Source: Tubulanus polymorphus (taxonomy: Eukaryota; Animalia; Nemertea). Taken from it: 64,000 nt of DNA. A program made the position numbers and the translations under genes. Below are positions 24,601 through 37,040 of this stretch, one piece after another. How positions within the stretch are numbered: position 1 is the stretch's first letter; each line of letters opens with the position of its first letter. The notes below the pieces were generated by a model. That model did no database searches and was not told the DNA's origin. It worked only from the letters and a program-made list of their open reading frames with translations. The stretch lies in NCBI RefSeq assembly GCF_964204645.1, contig NC_134030.1, positions 7,110,778 to 7,174,777 on the forward strand. Direction: 5' to 3'.

Positions 24601-27600
24601 CCTTGATGTTTATCATGAACTAGAACCTTGAGTCCGGCGGATTTGTGGTCTCCTTCCATATCCTGGTACTGTTCTAAGTTGATCAACAGGTTCAAGCCAT
24701 ATGCCGCTCCTGTATTGAAGTAACGATTTCTTTAGATTACTGAACACGAGTTTCATTTAAGGAATGGATATACAAGAAAATCAACTTCATTTTTACCGGT
24801 CCCTTGGCTGTAGAGATGTTTTTTCTTGTCGTGATTAAACCCGAAGCATTGTCCGTAGTCAGTCAACATAGTTGTCAGGTTAGCCATTGTCAGTGCCTCT
24901 GATTGGAAGTTCGCGCTTTAGCAATTAAATAGAATTTACACGTAATCCATCACATTTGGCTACGAGATAATGATCTCAAACTACATTGATTTAACTTACG
25001 ACTTCACGGTATCGTTCAAACGATGGCCGTATTTCAATATCAGTGACCGCATATCAACATTCTTTAGAGCGTCTTCCGTCGAATAATTTCCAGTAATCGA
25101 AATGTTTTCAGTAGTTGACAAATTTGTGTTTGTCGATATATTTTCAGTTTTTGGTGTTATTGGTCTCACGTTCTGGCGGTAGAACCTATCGATCGACTTG
25201 AACAATCCATCATTATATACATCAGATAATCTAAAGAGAAGAATAATGAGTAGACTCAAAATCATTTGAACGGAAAGACATGCTTAATGTTTAATTTGAC
25301 TTATACTGAATGCTGCTCTGCTGAAATATACCTGAAAGTGTTGGTGTTACAGATGGTAACTGCCGGGAATGGTATCTGACCTCGATTGTTGTCCAGAGAT
25401 ATATCCACGGTAACCGGCCTTGAAATGTAATATTTGACTCGGTCGTGCACCTGGTAGATTAACGCCCCAGTCATACCGAAAAACAACATCAACCAAATAC
25501 ATCTAGAATATAACAGAAGATGCCAACCGTGTCACGTAAAAAAAGACACCATTGCCAAAAATCAAATAGGCTTCATGCCGAAATGTAGATAGCTACAGAC
25601 CATTACTTTATACTAAATAAAAACGGTTAATCGATAGAAAAGAAGCCGTTAGCTAATTAGATTTTATTCAGTTGCTTTATAGACCTGCTTTATAGTTGCT
25701 TTTATTCGACTCTGTTTCCAAAATAAATTACTTGTCTACATCACCGCTATTCAAAACTGATAAAGGGATTCGACACGGAAATATCCTGACATTTAAAAAG
25801 ATGTATTTATTGACCAGTTATTAATTCAATGTAAAAAAGAAATCTATTCCGAGATATTATTTCGGGATAAATTCAGAAAACGTTTTATTCAATGGAAATG
25901 TCCCGTAGACCACGGGTAGATTATCTCAGAGAAAAATAATTTCGATTACATCAAACAATTTTGGGGACTTTATTCCGAGTTGTTATGTCAAAATTAATTC
26001 TGAAAATATTTTCTTTATCTCATGTCCCCAGGTCGCGTCCTTACATTCTTTCTTTTTGACTTTTCCTATATTCTGTATTGCGTGGTGGCTGATTCGTATT
26101 ACCTGTATACACTAAATAGTACGGAGCCCCGGAGGTGACATGGTGAGAAATAAATATATTTTTTTCGTTCGAACGAAATAACCATGTCACCTCCGGGCTC
26201 CGTAATGTAGTAATGTTGTAATTATTTGAAAACAATAAATTTGGACCTAGTCTGAATATTAACGGATGTCAATATATGTCGTCATCATAAATTCAAGCCA
26301 AGTACTTCGGGTAAGTGTGAGCGTACGTCCCTATGATTAATTTCTGTATTGGTTTTACCTCATAACAAATTAATAAGGCCTACTATCGAATTTTCCAGTG
26401 TACGAATAATGCTTATTTTGAGTCGAGTATAAGGTCTGTAAAATGACATAGACCCACATAGTGCTCTCTGCGGAGGGATCCATTTTAAATCATCTTGTTC
26501 TCTTTTGAATTCGATGATGTCATAACGTTCGAATGATCAAGTTCAAATCACGATTCGTGTGACGAATCGTGGGTACCAATGCAGATCCTAGGTACTTACA
26601 CGTCTACATTTGCGTGGCTATACCACGTGGACATACCCAAAATATATTACCACAATTTGAATAAGGTTCCTTTAGCTCGACACATATCTATTGTGTTTCG
26701 TCGGTAGAATTATCATTCATAGAGACGAACAAATAATAAGGCTATCTGGGGTTATTTTGACTTTTTGTGATAGCAACGACGTTTTGGCCAACGAGTCTAA
26801 ACGTCTAGGCATAAAATCTTGGTTGAAATATTGCGCTTAAAGTGAGGTTGAACGCTTAACCAACCTGACGACTGGGAGTGCTTTTTTCTTATGAAGCCTT
26901 GAACCGTGAAATGGTCAATGAATCTGGGTTTCACGTTTGATGAATGGACATTTTCTGTCCAAAGAATCAGTTAGAACCTGGGCCTGGTGGCCTGGGTGTC
27001 CCATATTTTTTATATAAATCAAACCGGCCATGTATTTCAACCACAAGCTTTCAACATTATCTGATAATGTTGATTTTGATTCAAAAGTTTTGCACATTTG
27101 CTTGCTCTTCTTCGTTTCAGAATATAACTCTCAGAGTATGGTTTATTTCAGCATCCATTTTATCTCAGGTGTCAAAAGGTAAAATAACGGGCGAGTAAGT
27201 CATGTCGAAATGTAATTATAATTCATTTATTTATATGAAAACCCATGTACATAGGAAATAATTCAAGTTCTACTCAATCAATTAAATAACAAAATATTGG
27301 GAAAATGAAGGAGCAAAATAGTAGATAACTTATTCATCTAACATTCGCGAGCGGGGAGCTCTCATCACGGTGTCGAGTGTATCCAACAATGGACAAGCGT
27401 GCAATATTAGGCTATGGATATAATTCACTCTGGCAGTCAGAGGAAATACGATATCACGAAAAAGGATATACGTAAGATAAAAAGAAACTCTATCGAATTG
27501 AAAAACAAAATATTCTTTACTATGTTTACGGTTATGATATCAATGTAAAGGGGAAAAATTTCTCTTTCAACCTGCTCTAAAAAAAAAACAGAAAGCAGGG

Positions 27601-28282
27601 AGCAGTGGATTCCCTGTATCCATGCCAACATGCTCGGACACAATGATTATAATCGAACTGGAAATAGTAGGTTTTGGCATAACTAGAAAATATCCGGAAG
27701 GTGGATATTGTAAAAAAAGAGACTGGAAGACCGGCGAAATAAAACGATAACTTATGGCCTATAATATTAGGGGTGTATATAGATCCGCAGTTAGTAATTT
27801 CCTCCGGATGAAATGTGAAATAGGTTCTTAGGGACATTAGAAACTTTCTGATCCAGCAAAGTCATTCTTAAAACAACCTAAAAAGCTTAGAAAGTGTAAT
27901 AAACTTATACAAAAATTAATGGTAAATCTCCAGGATGGGAACTTGTGAGAATGGATTTCGGAAAAATTGTCTTAAAATGGCGTTTTGAAGGTTGTGCGAT
28001 GAAACAACTGAATAAGTTTTCATATCGATGAAAACAAGTTTTTACTGGCAAGAATTATTCAATTTGAAGTGCCGTTGGTTGACAATAGTGAATATCATTG
28101 TTTTTGTAATTCAATCATCTGATGGAAATGAAAAACGCTTACCTGATGGTGATAGTTGGAGAGTGTCCTATGTATCTAACCCCGTGAAATGCCGTGTCAT
28201 TAGAAAAGTCGGAAAGCGCTTCTTTGAAAGTTTGTTTATCTTCGGTTTTAACCGCTGCCATTTTCGAATCTGCCTTCGTCAT
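21638..28282 (-). CDS. DEG/ENaC channel paralog D with giant knuckle insertion (~953 aa)
   Basis: Exons 28282-28143, 25502-25332, 25230-25000, 24915-24797, 24709-24528, 24336-24144, 24000-22497, 22412-22321, 21867-21638, all in frame; filter reads GGS. Confidence 0.92.
26120..26204. mobile_element. 85 bp minimal MITE with TAC..GTA termini
   Basis: TACGGAGCCCCGGAGGTGACATGG / CCATGTCACCTCCGGGCTCCGTA; flanks AAATAG/ATGTAG; absent from the homologous intron-1 site of copy I (~60490-60520). Confidence 0.8.
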
Positions 28283-29241
28283 AATCCGTATTAAAAGAAA
28301 ACTTTTCTGACAGCAGCCCAAGACAAAGAGCGCTGCCACCGATGGTGGTAGAATAATGATTGGCTGGCACATTCTCTCAGCTGCAGGTGGTTACTGCCAT
28401 GGTTGCCAAGCAAGTCCAATACAAAAACCACCAACCCAGGATTCATTTTTACAGTTTTAAGTTCAGAGATTTGAATTATAGATTCAAATCTCAGTTAAAA
28501 ATAAAGTATAATTTTGTAGCATATTGTCTGTGAAATAAGGATTAATGCATTGTTACGTATTCTATGTATTTGATTGATTTATTAGGTATTAGACGTTCGA
28601 TAAAAAGCTACCAAAATGAATACTGGCGCCCGCATTTGAATATCAGGGAATTTTACGTTCTAGCCCGAATCAGCCACATCTATCGATGCATTTGTACTCA
28701 TAACCAAACATATATGAATATAAACGTTGAATAAATTGAATTAGCATCTTGCTTTATCATACAGGCAAGATGCATTTCTATAGGATATAACGGAAATCAT
28801 TTAGATTGTTTTTACCGCATTACCTTTTAATTCCATTTACAGGCGAATTCAATGCGGTGAGTTTAGAAAGATCATGTTCCGTAAGAATTGGATGAGCTAT
28901 TTTATTTGTGTTAGTATATATCCTCTTAGATAAGAACGTCGCGACTCTAGAAATGTGTATTTAGATCCGTTCAGAGAATTCGAAAACCCTTCTCACCGAG
29001 GCCCGCTTGCTGCTGGCTTTATCCGATATTTCACCCTTCCCCAAAACAAGTAGATTAACAATATAATTGCATGGATTCAAAATAAACATTACACATTACA
29101 AATATTTACAATTATAACAAAGTGCAAGAGGTATTTTGTTTTGAATTTGTAAATTCGACAACGTGTCTAGTTGAATGGGAGAGATAATGAATCAGTAAAT
29201 CGTATAATATTTAAGTGATTAATATGATTTATTTTGCGGAA

Positions 29242-32200
29242 TTATGCTTCTATTTCAGCGCGCATCCGTCGCAGCCGCTTCAAGCGGTACAGCAGTTGAG
29301 ATCCGAAAAACCAGACGACCTCGGCGATAGCCAATAAAGATGCGCCTAAATAAAGCCCGGCAGAACCACCTATATCACCTAGAATACGAGGATGAGAAGG
29401 GAATGTGACATACGATTCATGATATCATGTTAAGTATATAATCAACATTCGAAAGGATCCAACCACTCAAGTTGGCGTATGAAAGTAAGGCATTTAAAAT
29501 GTCTGCAAAAACTCGTTTGTATTCCATACATTCCAAGGGAAATATCTACATAGTGATGAATTCTTATCGGGTCTTCATCAAAAAGATAAACGATAAGCAA
29601 ATGATTTTCTTTTAGTTGCCGTACTTAGATTATATCAGCAAAAGACCAAGCTATTTGAGCTTGTATTACATGATTTGATAGTCAATCAGTACAAATAAAT
29701 AACTTACAAACTAGGGAAAACCACAAATATCCTTCAGACTTTTTCAACGTTTCCAGACTCAGCGTTTGAAAGTACACGGACACGTATACGTAATTATTTC
29801 TGAAAATATGTCAAGGGTTAAGCATAATAAGCGTATCGATCGCCACCGGAAAACACATCGCAGCATTTAAGAATACTTACATAATAAAGTCTTCACCAAT
29901 GACAATGCTGTTCCGATACTTTGTCATATGATCGTTTAAGAGTGAGGTTGCAAGCGCCAATTCAGCTTGCGCATCGCGATACTTTTTTATAGTTTCGGTC
30001 AGTTCACCATTTTCGTCGACAATGTACTGCAGTTTTTTCTTAATTCTCGCCAATAATCTCCTAGCCTCAACAGGAATATCATAACTAAGCATCTTTCCGA
30101 TGAAGTCCCTTGTGGGTTGGCTACGCCGGTCTATATCTTTAACGACTGAGGATATCGCTTTCAACGAATTATCCATGAACGTTTGTAGATCTCGCGGGAA
30201 CTTCTCCAGTAGGTCTTTATTTTCCTGCATCAGAGAATCTAATTCCGCCATCGATATCTGTTTCTGCGCGATCATTGTTTTAAGCGGTCGAGTGACATTC
30301 GCGTTTATTTCTTCAATGTCGTCACTCAATGTTACTATGTTGATTGGTGTAGGGAAAAGAATTCGTTTAGCTGCACCATATTTCATAGGTGCGCTGATAC
30401 TGTTTTCATATAAGATCGTATCAAACTTCAAATATAAGAAGAATAGCTCTTTTTTGGATGTCTTTAATGAATGCTCATGATCATCAAATTTATAAACAAC
30501 TTTATTCAATTTGGTTTTCAGATAAATCGCAGATTTTTCGAATTCATAGATGATACCAGGAATCAGACCGGTTAGATTGTAGAAACTAGCCCAATCCCGT
30601 CTTGATTGACTATTGCCAAAATCGCGTAATCTTGCCTTAGAATCATTGCAGGCAGTAATCAATGTGTCACATGATTCTTGAAACTTTATAATGTGACCAA
30701 TCATTATTGGAAAATCGATCAATGACTTCACGAAAGTTGTATATTCCTTGAAGCTGGCATATAGATCCTGAAAAGCTAGCCGAGTTGATATCGCTGTGTT
30801 AAGCACATTTTTGTATACGAAATCAACGTTTGAAAACGCTGCTTGAAAATTCATCTGCGATACAACCGACGAGTTTGTTAGGAAATCATTTATCACTTTG
30901 AAATCTGAAACAAGGGTCTCGTTAAGGGCCGTTTTAAAGTTTATCAAACCCGGAATAACTATCGTGGAGATTTTTTCCATGTCGGTATAGCGTAAATAAT
31001 TTCCTTTCTGCACTCGCACAGAACGAGACATTTCGCTCAGCTTTTTTGCAATGTAGAGCTTATCCGAATGGATGACTTTGTCTTGATTTTTCAGAAATTT
31101 GCTTACGTTTTTTATTGCCATTTCAGATTTTTCTAGTGATGAAACAAAATTGAAAGCCGTAGTAAAGCTCGCATCCGCCAGATGAGGGTCCGCATTATAT
31201 AGAGCTTCTCTGGCCATTTTGTAATCTTCTAACATTTCCAGATTATTTTTCTCTTTTTGTGCCATTTTTCGGGCCATACTCTTCGACAGAGCCGCGTAAC
31301 TGATTCGTGAATTGTACGTCAGTTGTTGACAAGGTGGTGGACATTCATCAATACCGCAAACTGTTCCATTTCGACGCATTTTCGCTAAAAAAACAATTAC
31401 GTATACGGAATGAAAATGTAGTTGCAAGAGTCACTCAGTTCGCGACATTGTGTGCGGGGCTCGAACCTTAGATTTTGTGAGTTCTTGCTAGTGCACCGCT
31501 CACCACGCCTGCCTTTTCCTTACCGAGTTGTAGTTGGTAGCAATCTCTGTGTTGTTTTAAAGTACAATATGGCAGACCTGCGGGACTATCTTCAGCATAA
31601 AACGGCACGCATTTACATATCGAAGATGTCACCCGTATATAGCAATAGTGTTCACACATACTTTGTCTTTGGGCGTTTTTTATGCATTTTCCGTACGGAT
31701 CTTCCAATTCAGTCGTCTGAAATGACGCCACTGAATAGACAGATCTAAACTAATTTTATCGTTGGGCGGGGAGGACACATTTACAGCAAACTCGGAACGA
31801 CACTTTGTCTTAAAAGTAAACGTATTTTGAAAGGCATTCAATCTTTTGCAAGTGAGAATTCGCTAGCATTTCCTTATTTAATCATTCGTTCATTCAAAAT
31901 AAATAATTCTTCAACAAAAATGATTATAATGTACACCAACTTTCTAGATGAACGTTTTACCTTTTTAGCTTGAACATCGATAAGCGCACTCATCGACGGC
32001 GGTACAGATAACGACAAATCTGTCATACGAATTCCTTGATGTTTATCCTGAACTAAAACTTTTAGTCCGGCAGATTTGTGTTCTCCTTCCATGTCCTGGT
32101 ACTGTTCTAAATTGATCAACATGTTCAATCCATATGCCGCTCCTATATTGAATTAGAGATTTCCTTAGAATACTGAACACGAGTTTCATAAAAAAATGGA

Positions 32201-35200
32201 AATTTACGACAATTAACTTGTCATCTCTTACCAGTCCCTTGGCTGTACAGATGCTTTGTTTTGTCGTGATTAAACCCCAGGCATTTTCCGTAGTCAGTCA
32301 AAACAGTTGTCAGGTTAGCCATCATAACATTCTCGGATTGGAAGTTCGCGCTTGAGAAATGATAGTATACTTGCACATAAAATCTATCATATTTTGCTAT
32401 AAGATAATCATTTCAAACTACATCGGTTTAACTTACGATTTCACGGTATCGTTTAAACGATGGCCATATTTCAATATCAGTGTCCGCATATCAATATTCT
32501 TTACAGCGTCTTCCATCGAATAATTTCCAGTAATCGAAATGTTTTGAGAAGTTGACATACTTATGTTTGTCGACATATTTCCAGTTGTCGGCGTTATTGG
32601 TATCTCGTTATGGCCGTAGAAATCATCGATTGACTTGTACAACCTGTCTTTATATACATCAGATAATCTAAAGATTATAGAGAAGAATATCGAGTAGACT
32701 CGAAATCATTTCAACGGAAAGACATGCTGACCAAAATACCTGCTTAATGTTTAATTTGACTTTTACCAAATGTTGCTCTGCTGAAATACCTGAACGTGTT
32801 GGTGTTACAGATGGTAACTGCTGGGAATGGTAATTGTCCTCGATTGTTGTCCAGAGATATATCCACGGTAACCGGCCATGAAATGTAATATGTGACTCGG
32901 TCGTGCACCTGGTAGATAAACGCCCCAGTCATACTCAAAAACAACATCAACCAAATACATCTAGAATATAACAGAAGATGTCACTAACCGCTTCGTGTGA
33001 CGATGATACGTATCCTATTTCTGCCGGACGTCAAATTACTAATTTGGCTTGGAAATAGCAGGACTTCTAACTTATAAGCAGTTAGAACCAATTGATCGCA
33101 GGTAATTAGTAGCGATGATGCACGTTGGCCTCTGGAGAAAGTGTATCCCATATGTGTTTGAATATTTATTGCATTCAGGTGGTGTTTACTTATTCGTGCT
33201 TCATATATTTGATCATTAAACGCGTTTGTACAGGTGTTTATATCAGTAGTCAACCTTCTGCTCTCGCTTCTTGACTTTTTGTATTTTGTATTGTATGCTG
33301 GTTGATTCGTATTAAGCCTACCTTGTATTATTGGGGTGATAAATTAGTAGTTTGCATAGAGGGAGGGAAGCCAGAGTTCAGGGCAGTGGCTGAAGTTAGT
33401 AAATAACCTAGTAGATGCTTACGTCGCACATAAGACACTGAATAGAAGATAGGTGAAAGTGACGTGAGTATCTGCGTAGGGTTGCTGGTTATAGCGGCAG
33501 CCTTGAGCTCTGGTATGGCTAGGAAGTAAACAAGTATAATAAACTCGTGACGTATAACATATGTAGAAGTATACGTCACGAATAACATGAAATAAGATAA
33601 AAAGGGAGGGTCAGCACAGTAAGGGGGAGAGAGATGCTAGAGTGGCGGAGAAGCCTAAAAATACGAGCTGTAGGAAGGAATAAGAATTGTGCGGGAAAAT
33701 AAAGAAAGAACGTAGACCCACGAGAAGAGTTGTTATTATTCCGGAGTCAGAGGGATATCACTTATCGGATTAATCGGAACCAACAACGACAACACGAGGG
33801 GAGAAGGCAACGTGGCCCCCACAACATTGTTGGAGAACTGAAGGCAACTCCACAACAGTATATACTATGTATGTTTTTTTATTATTTGGAAGCAATAAAT
33901 TTGGAATTGGTTTGAATACTGTCGTCATAAATTCGAGCCGAGTGATTCGGGTACGTGCACACCGAGGGCATTCTTCGTAATGATCCCCCGTGACAAATAT
34001 GTAAAAAATATGTGAAATATGTCATATTGCGGGTATTTTTCACTCACACCAGAACCGGAAATCACTACATTTACCCCCACTGTATTAAAACATTGTCAAA
34101 GATATCTATTACAGTCTTCAACATGTTTTGAATATTTTGATTGACACGAGGGACCAAGGCAGACAGGTCTTGGGTGCGTGTCCACACCATATTTGATGTA
34201 TTTTGTCAAAAGTTGTCACTGCTCAACGACCCTGAGATAACATTTCAACTGTGTAACTTAACTCGTGACCCCTAGCACCGGTAAGTTCGAACCCCAATAA
34301 AATGAAAAAAGAACGACAAGAAGACATTCCGACACCAACCCGAACGGTTTTCATTTCATTTTTCATAAACGAAGGTTGTTATTGTTATTTTACCGGGTCT
34401 CTAAGCTTATGATTTCTACACCTGGCCTGAAATGAGAAACAAGGTATCTATTCTTGGCCTTATCTCAGGGTAAAATACGGAGAGGAGTGCTCCTGGCAGA
34501 ATTTGCTAGAATATTCACTTCCTCGTATCAAGCTATTTTAAGATCTTATTCCATGTAAATAGAATAAATTCAAGTTCTACTCAATCAATTAGATGACAAA
34601 ATATTGGGAAATACAGTAGATATGACTTATTCATTTCACAGTAGCGAGCGGGGAGCTCTCGTCACAGTTTTGAGTAGATCCAAACAATGCACGCGCTAAC
34701 GTTTCATGGATATTACTAACCATGGGAGTCAGAGGAACAACGATTTATGAATTACGTATGGGATGAAGAGACACTTTATCAAATTTGAAATGTGTTGATA
34801 ATATGTGTATATCTATAATATTAGCGTAAAGGGGGAGACTTTGACTTTCAACGTGCTACAATAATAAACCAGCCAAAACGGGAGCAGCGGACTCCCATAG
34901 ATATTTCAACCATATCGAGCATGATGATTTGAATCGGACTAAAAAAATTAAGTCTTTGGTATAATTCGAAAAGTATCCAAGAGAATATACATATTTCTAG
35001 TAAATCTTTAGTGTGGGAGTTAATCTTTTTATCCTGGACACTCATTTTTAGAACAAGCTCCAAATGTATATTTCTTATGGATTTCAGAAAAACTGTCTTA
35101 AACGTGTTAGTATGTTGGTCGTAAGAGGAAGAATATATTTTCTTACATAGTCAGCCATTTTGAAGTTTTGAAGAGTGAATATCTGTTTCGTAGTTTGATA

Positions 35201-35366
35201 ATCTCATGGAAATAGACTACGCTTACCTGATGGTGATAGTTGGAGAGTGTCCTATGTATCTAACCCCGTGAAATGCCGTGTCATTGGAGAAGTCGGAAAG
35301 CGCTTGTTTAAATGTTTGTTTATCTTCGTATTTAACCGCTGCCATTTTCGAATCTGCCCTTGTCAT
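29242..35366 (-). CDS. DEG/ENaC channel paralog E with giant knuckle insertion (~922 aa)
   Basis: Exons 35366-35227, 32960-32790, 32667-32437, 32350-32232, 32142-31961, 31716-31524, 31384-29881, 29799-29708, 29378-29242, in frame with canonical splice sites. Confidence 0.92.
33329..33826 (+). mobile_element. Probable solo LTR (~500 bp) in intron 1 of copy E
   Basis: Purine-rich insert absent from the homologous intron of D and I; imperfect terminal IR TATTGGGG..CCCCACAACA; internal AATAAA near 33698. No clean TSD. Confidence 0.4.
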
Positions 35367-36506
35367 TATCAGAATGGCAAGATTCCAATTTTTACGGCAG
35401 TCTAGGAGAAAAAGAGGTGCTGCCTCCGATAATGGTAGAATAATGATTGGCTGATACATACTCTCAGCTGCGGTTGGTTACTGTTATGGTTACCAAGCGA
35501 GCAAGTCCAATACAAAACCACCAACCCCATAATTCATTTCCAAAGTTTTGAATAATATTTCACTCTGATTTAGAAATAAAGGATAACTTATTACAATTCA
35601 TTCAATTTTATTACAAAACAGTGTATGAAATAAAGAATAATGTATAGTCATATATTCTACGTATTGATAATTACATATCATTTCATGGAGACATTTCATA
35701 CAGTTACACATTTTTAGAAATACGGAAGCGATAAATGGCCTCCTGCCGTCGTGTTCCAACTCGAGTCGCCATATCATTGTCGACATATCCCATCACGTCG
35801 ACATGAATATGTCGACATTTCGTGCCGTTTTTACGACATATTTCGTTTTCTCGACCATTTTTCTCGCCGAAATATTTATGACGACTTGAAACTCAGTCGT
35901 CATATTTCTGGCACCCTATTCTTACATTTTGATGCGTCCGATTGTTGCAGTCGAAAAAATCAAACAAACGCCATAAAATGATATGAATTGTCACCTTTCT
36001 AACGATACATTACTTGCCCAACAATGCGGGTCTTGTGGGACCGCCACCAAATGTCGTCTGTTAATTGGAAACTTTCCATGAAACATGAGGGAACCACAAA
36101 AATTCTAGTTGAACTTTTTCGTAAAACTTGACTCTGGTGTTCTGGCTCCCTCATTTGCATATCGGAAATTACGAATCAGCCACCATAACCATTGTCGAGA
36201 ACAGGTGAATGAAATATGCGTTTCGAAACATCGTGCTCCGTAAGAATTGGAAGAACTACATTATTTGTGTAAGTATATATTCCAATGAAAATAAAAGAAT
36301 CCTCACCGCGGTCTGCTTGCGTCCGGCGTTATCCGAAACTTCATCCCCTCACTCGAACAAAATGAATAAAATCACAACACGTATATGAATGTGGATATTA
36401 AATTCCAATGAAGGTTTATTTACAAATAAAAGCAATAACGAAGTGTAAGCAGGTTTTTGTTCTGGATTTTTATAATCGGTATCGTGTCTAGTTTATAGGA
36501 GATAAT

Positions 36507-36908
36507 TATGGTGGCTGATTCGGGCCATACTAAAACAATTTCTGTACGGCTAGAGCAGCGATAAAAATATTTTTACAGTGGCCTTTTTTTGGTTTTCTCG
36601 TGCGAGAATTCAAAAGTTTTGAATTCTCGCGCGAGAAAACAAAAAAAAATGGGCCATTGTAAAAAACTTTTATCCAGCTTCTAGCCCGTCAGAAAGATTT
36701 TTCAAACCAAAATGTTTAGTTTTCTGGCGCGAGAAAACCGAAAGTTTTGAATTCTCGCGCGAGAAAACCAAAATGTTTTGAATTCCCGCGCGAGAAAACC
36801 AAAATGTTTTGAATTCTCGCGCGAGAAAACCAAAAAACGGGCTAATGTGAAAAATTTCTTATTGTGGCTTTAGCCGTACAGAAAAATTTTTTAGAATCAG
36901 CCACCATA
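36507..36908. mobile_element. 402 bp MITE with TAT..ATA termini (IS3EU-like) in the 3' region of copy F
   Basis: Perfect 15 bp TIR TATGGTGGCTGATTC / GAATCAGCCACCATA; internal ~31 bp repeats GCGCGAGAAAACCAAAATGTTTTGAATTCTC; flanks GATAAT/CACAAT; empty site GAGATAATGAATCAGT in copies D (~21564) and E (~29181). Confidence 0.88.
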
Positions 36909-37040
36909 CACAATGAATCAGTAAAGTAAAATGTATGATTATTTAGTGATACATATGAAAGAATGAGAGATTGGCGGCGTTTCGCACTTTTTCTAAGTCG
37001 GAGATGTGACGGCATTGATGTAGTTCTCTTTTTTACCAAA

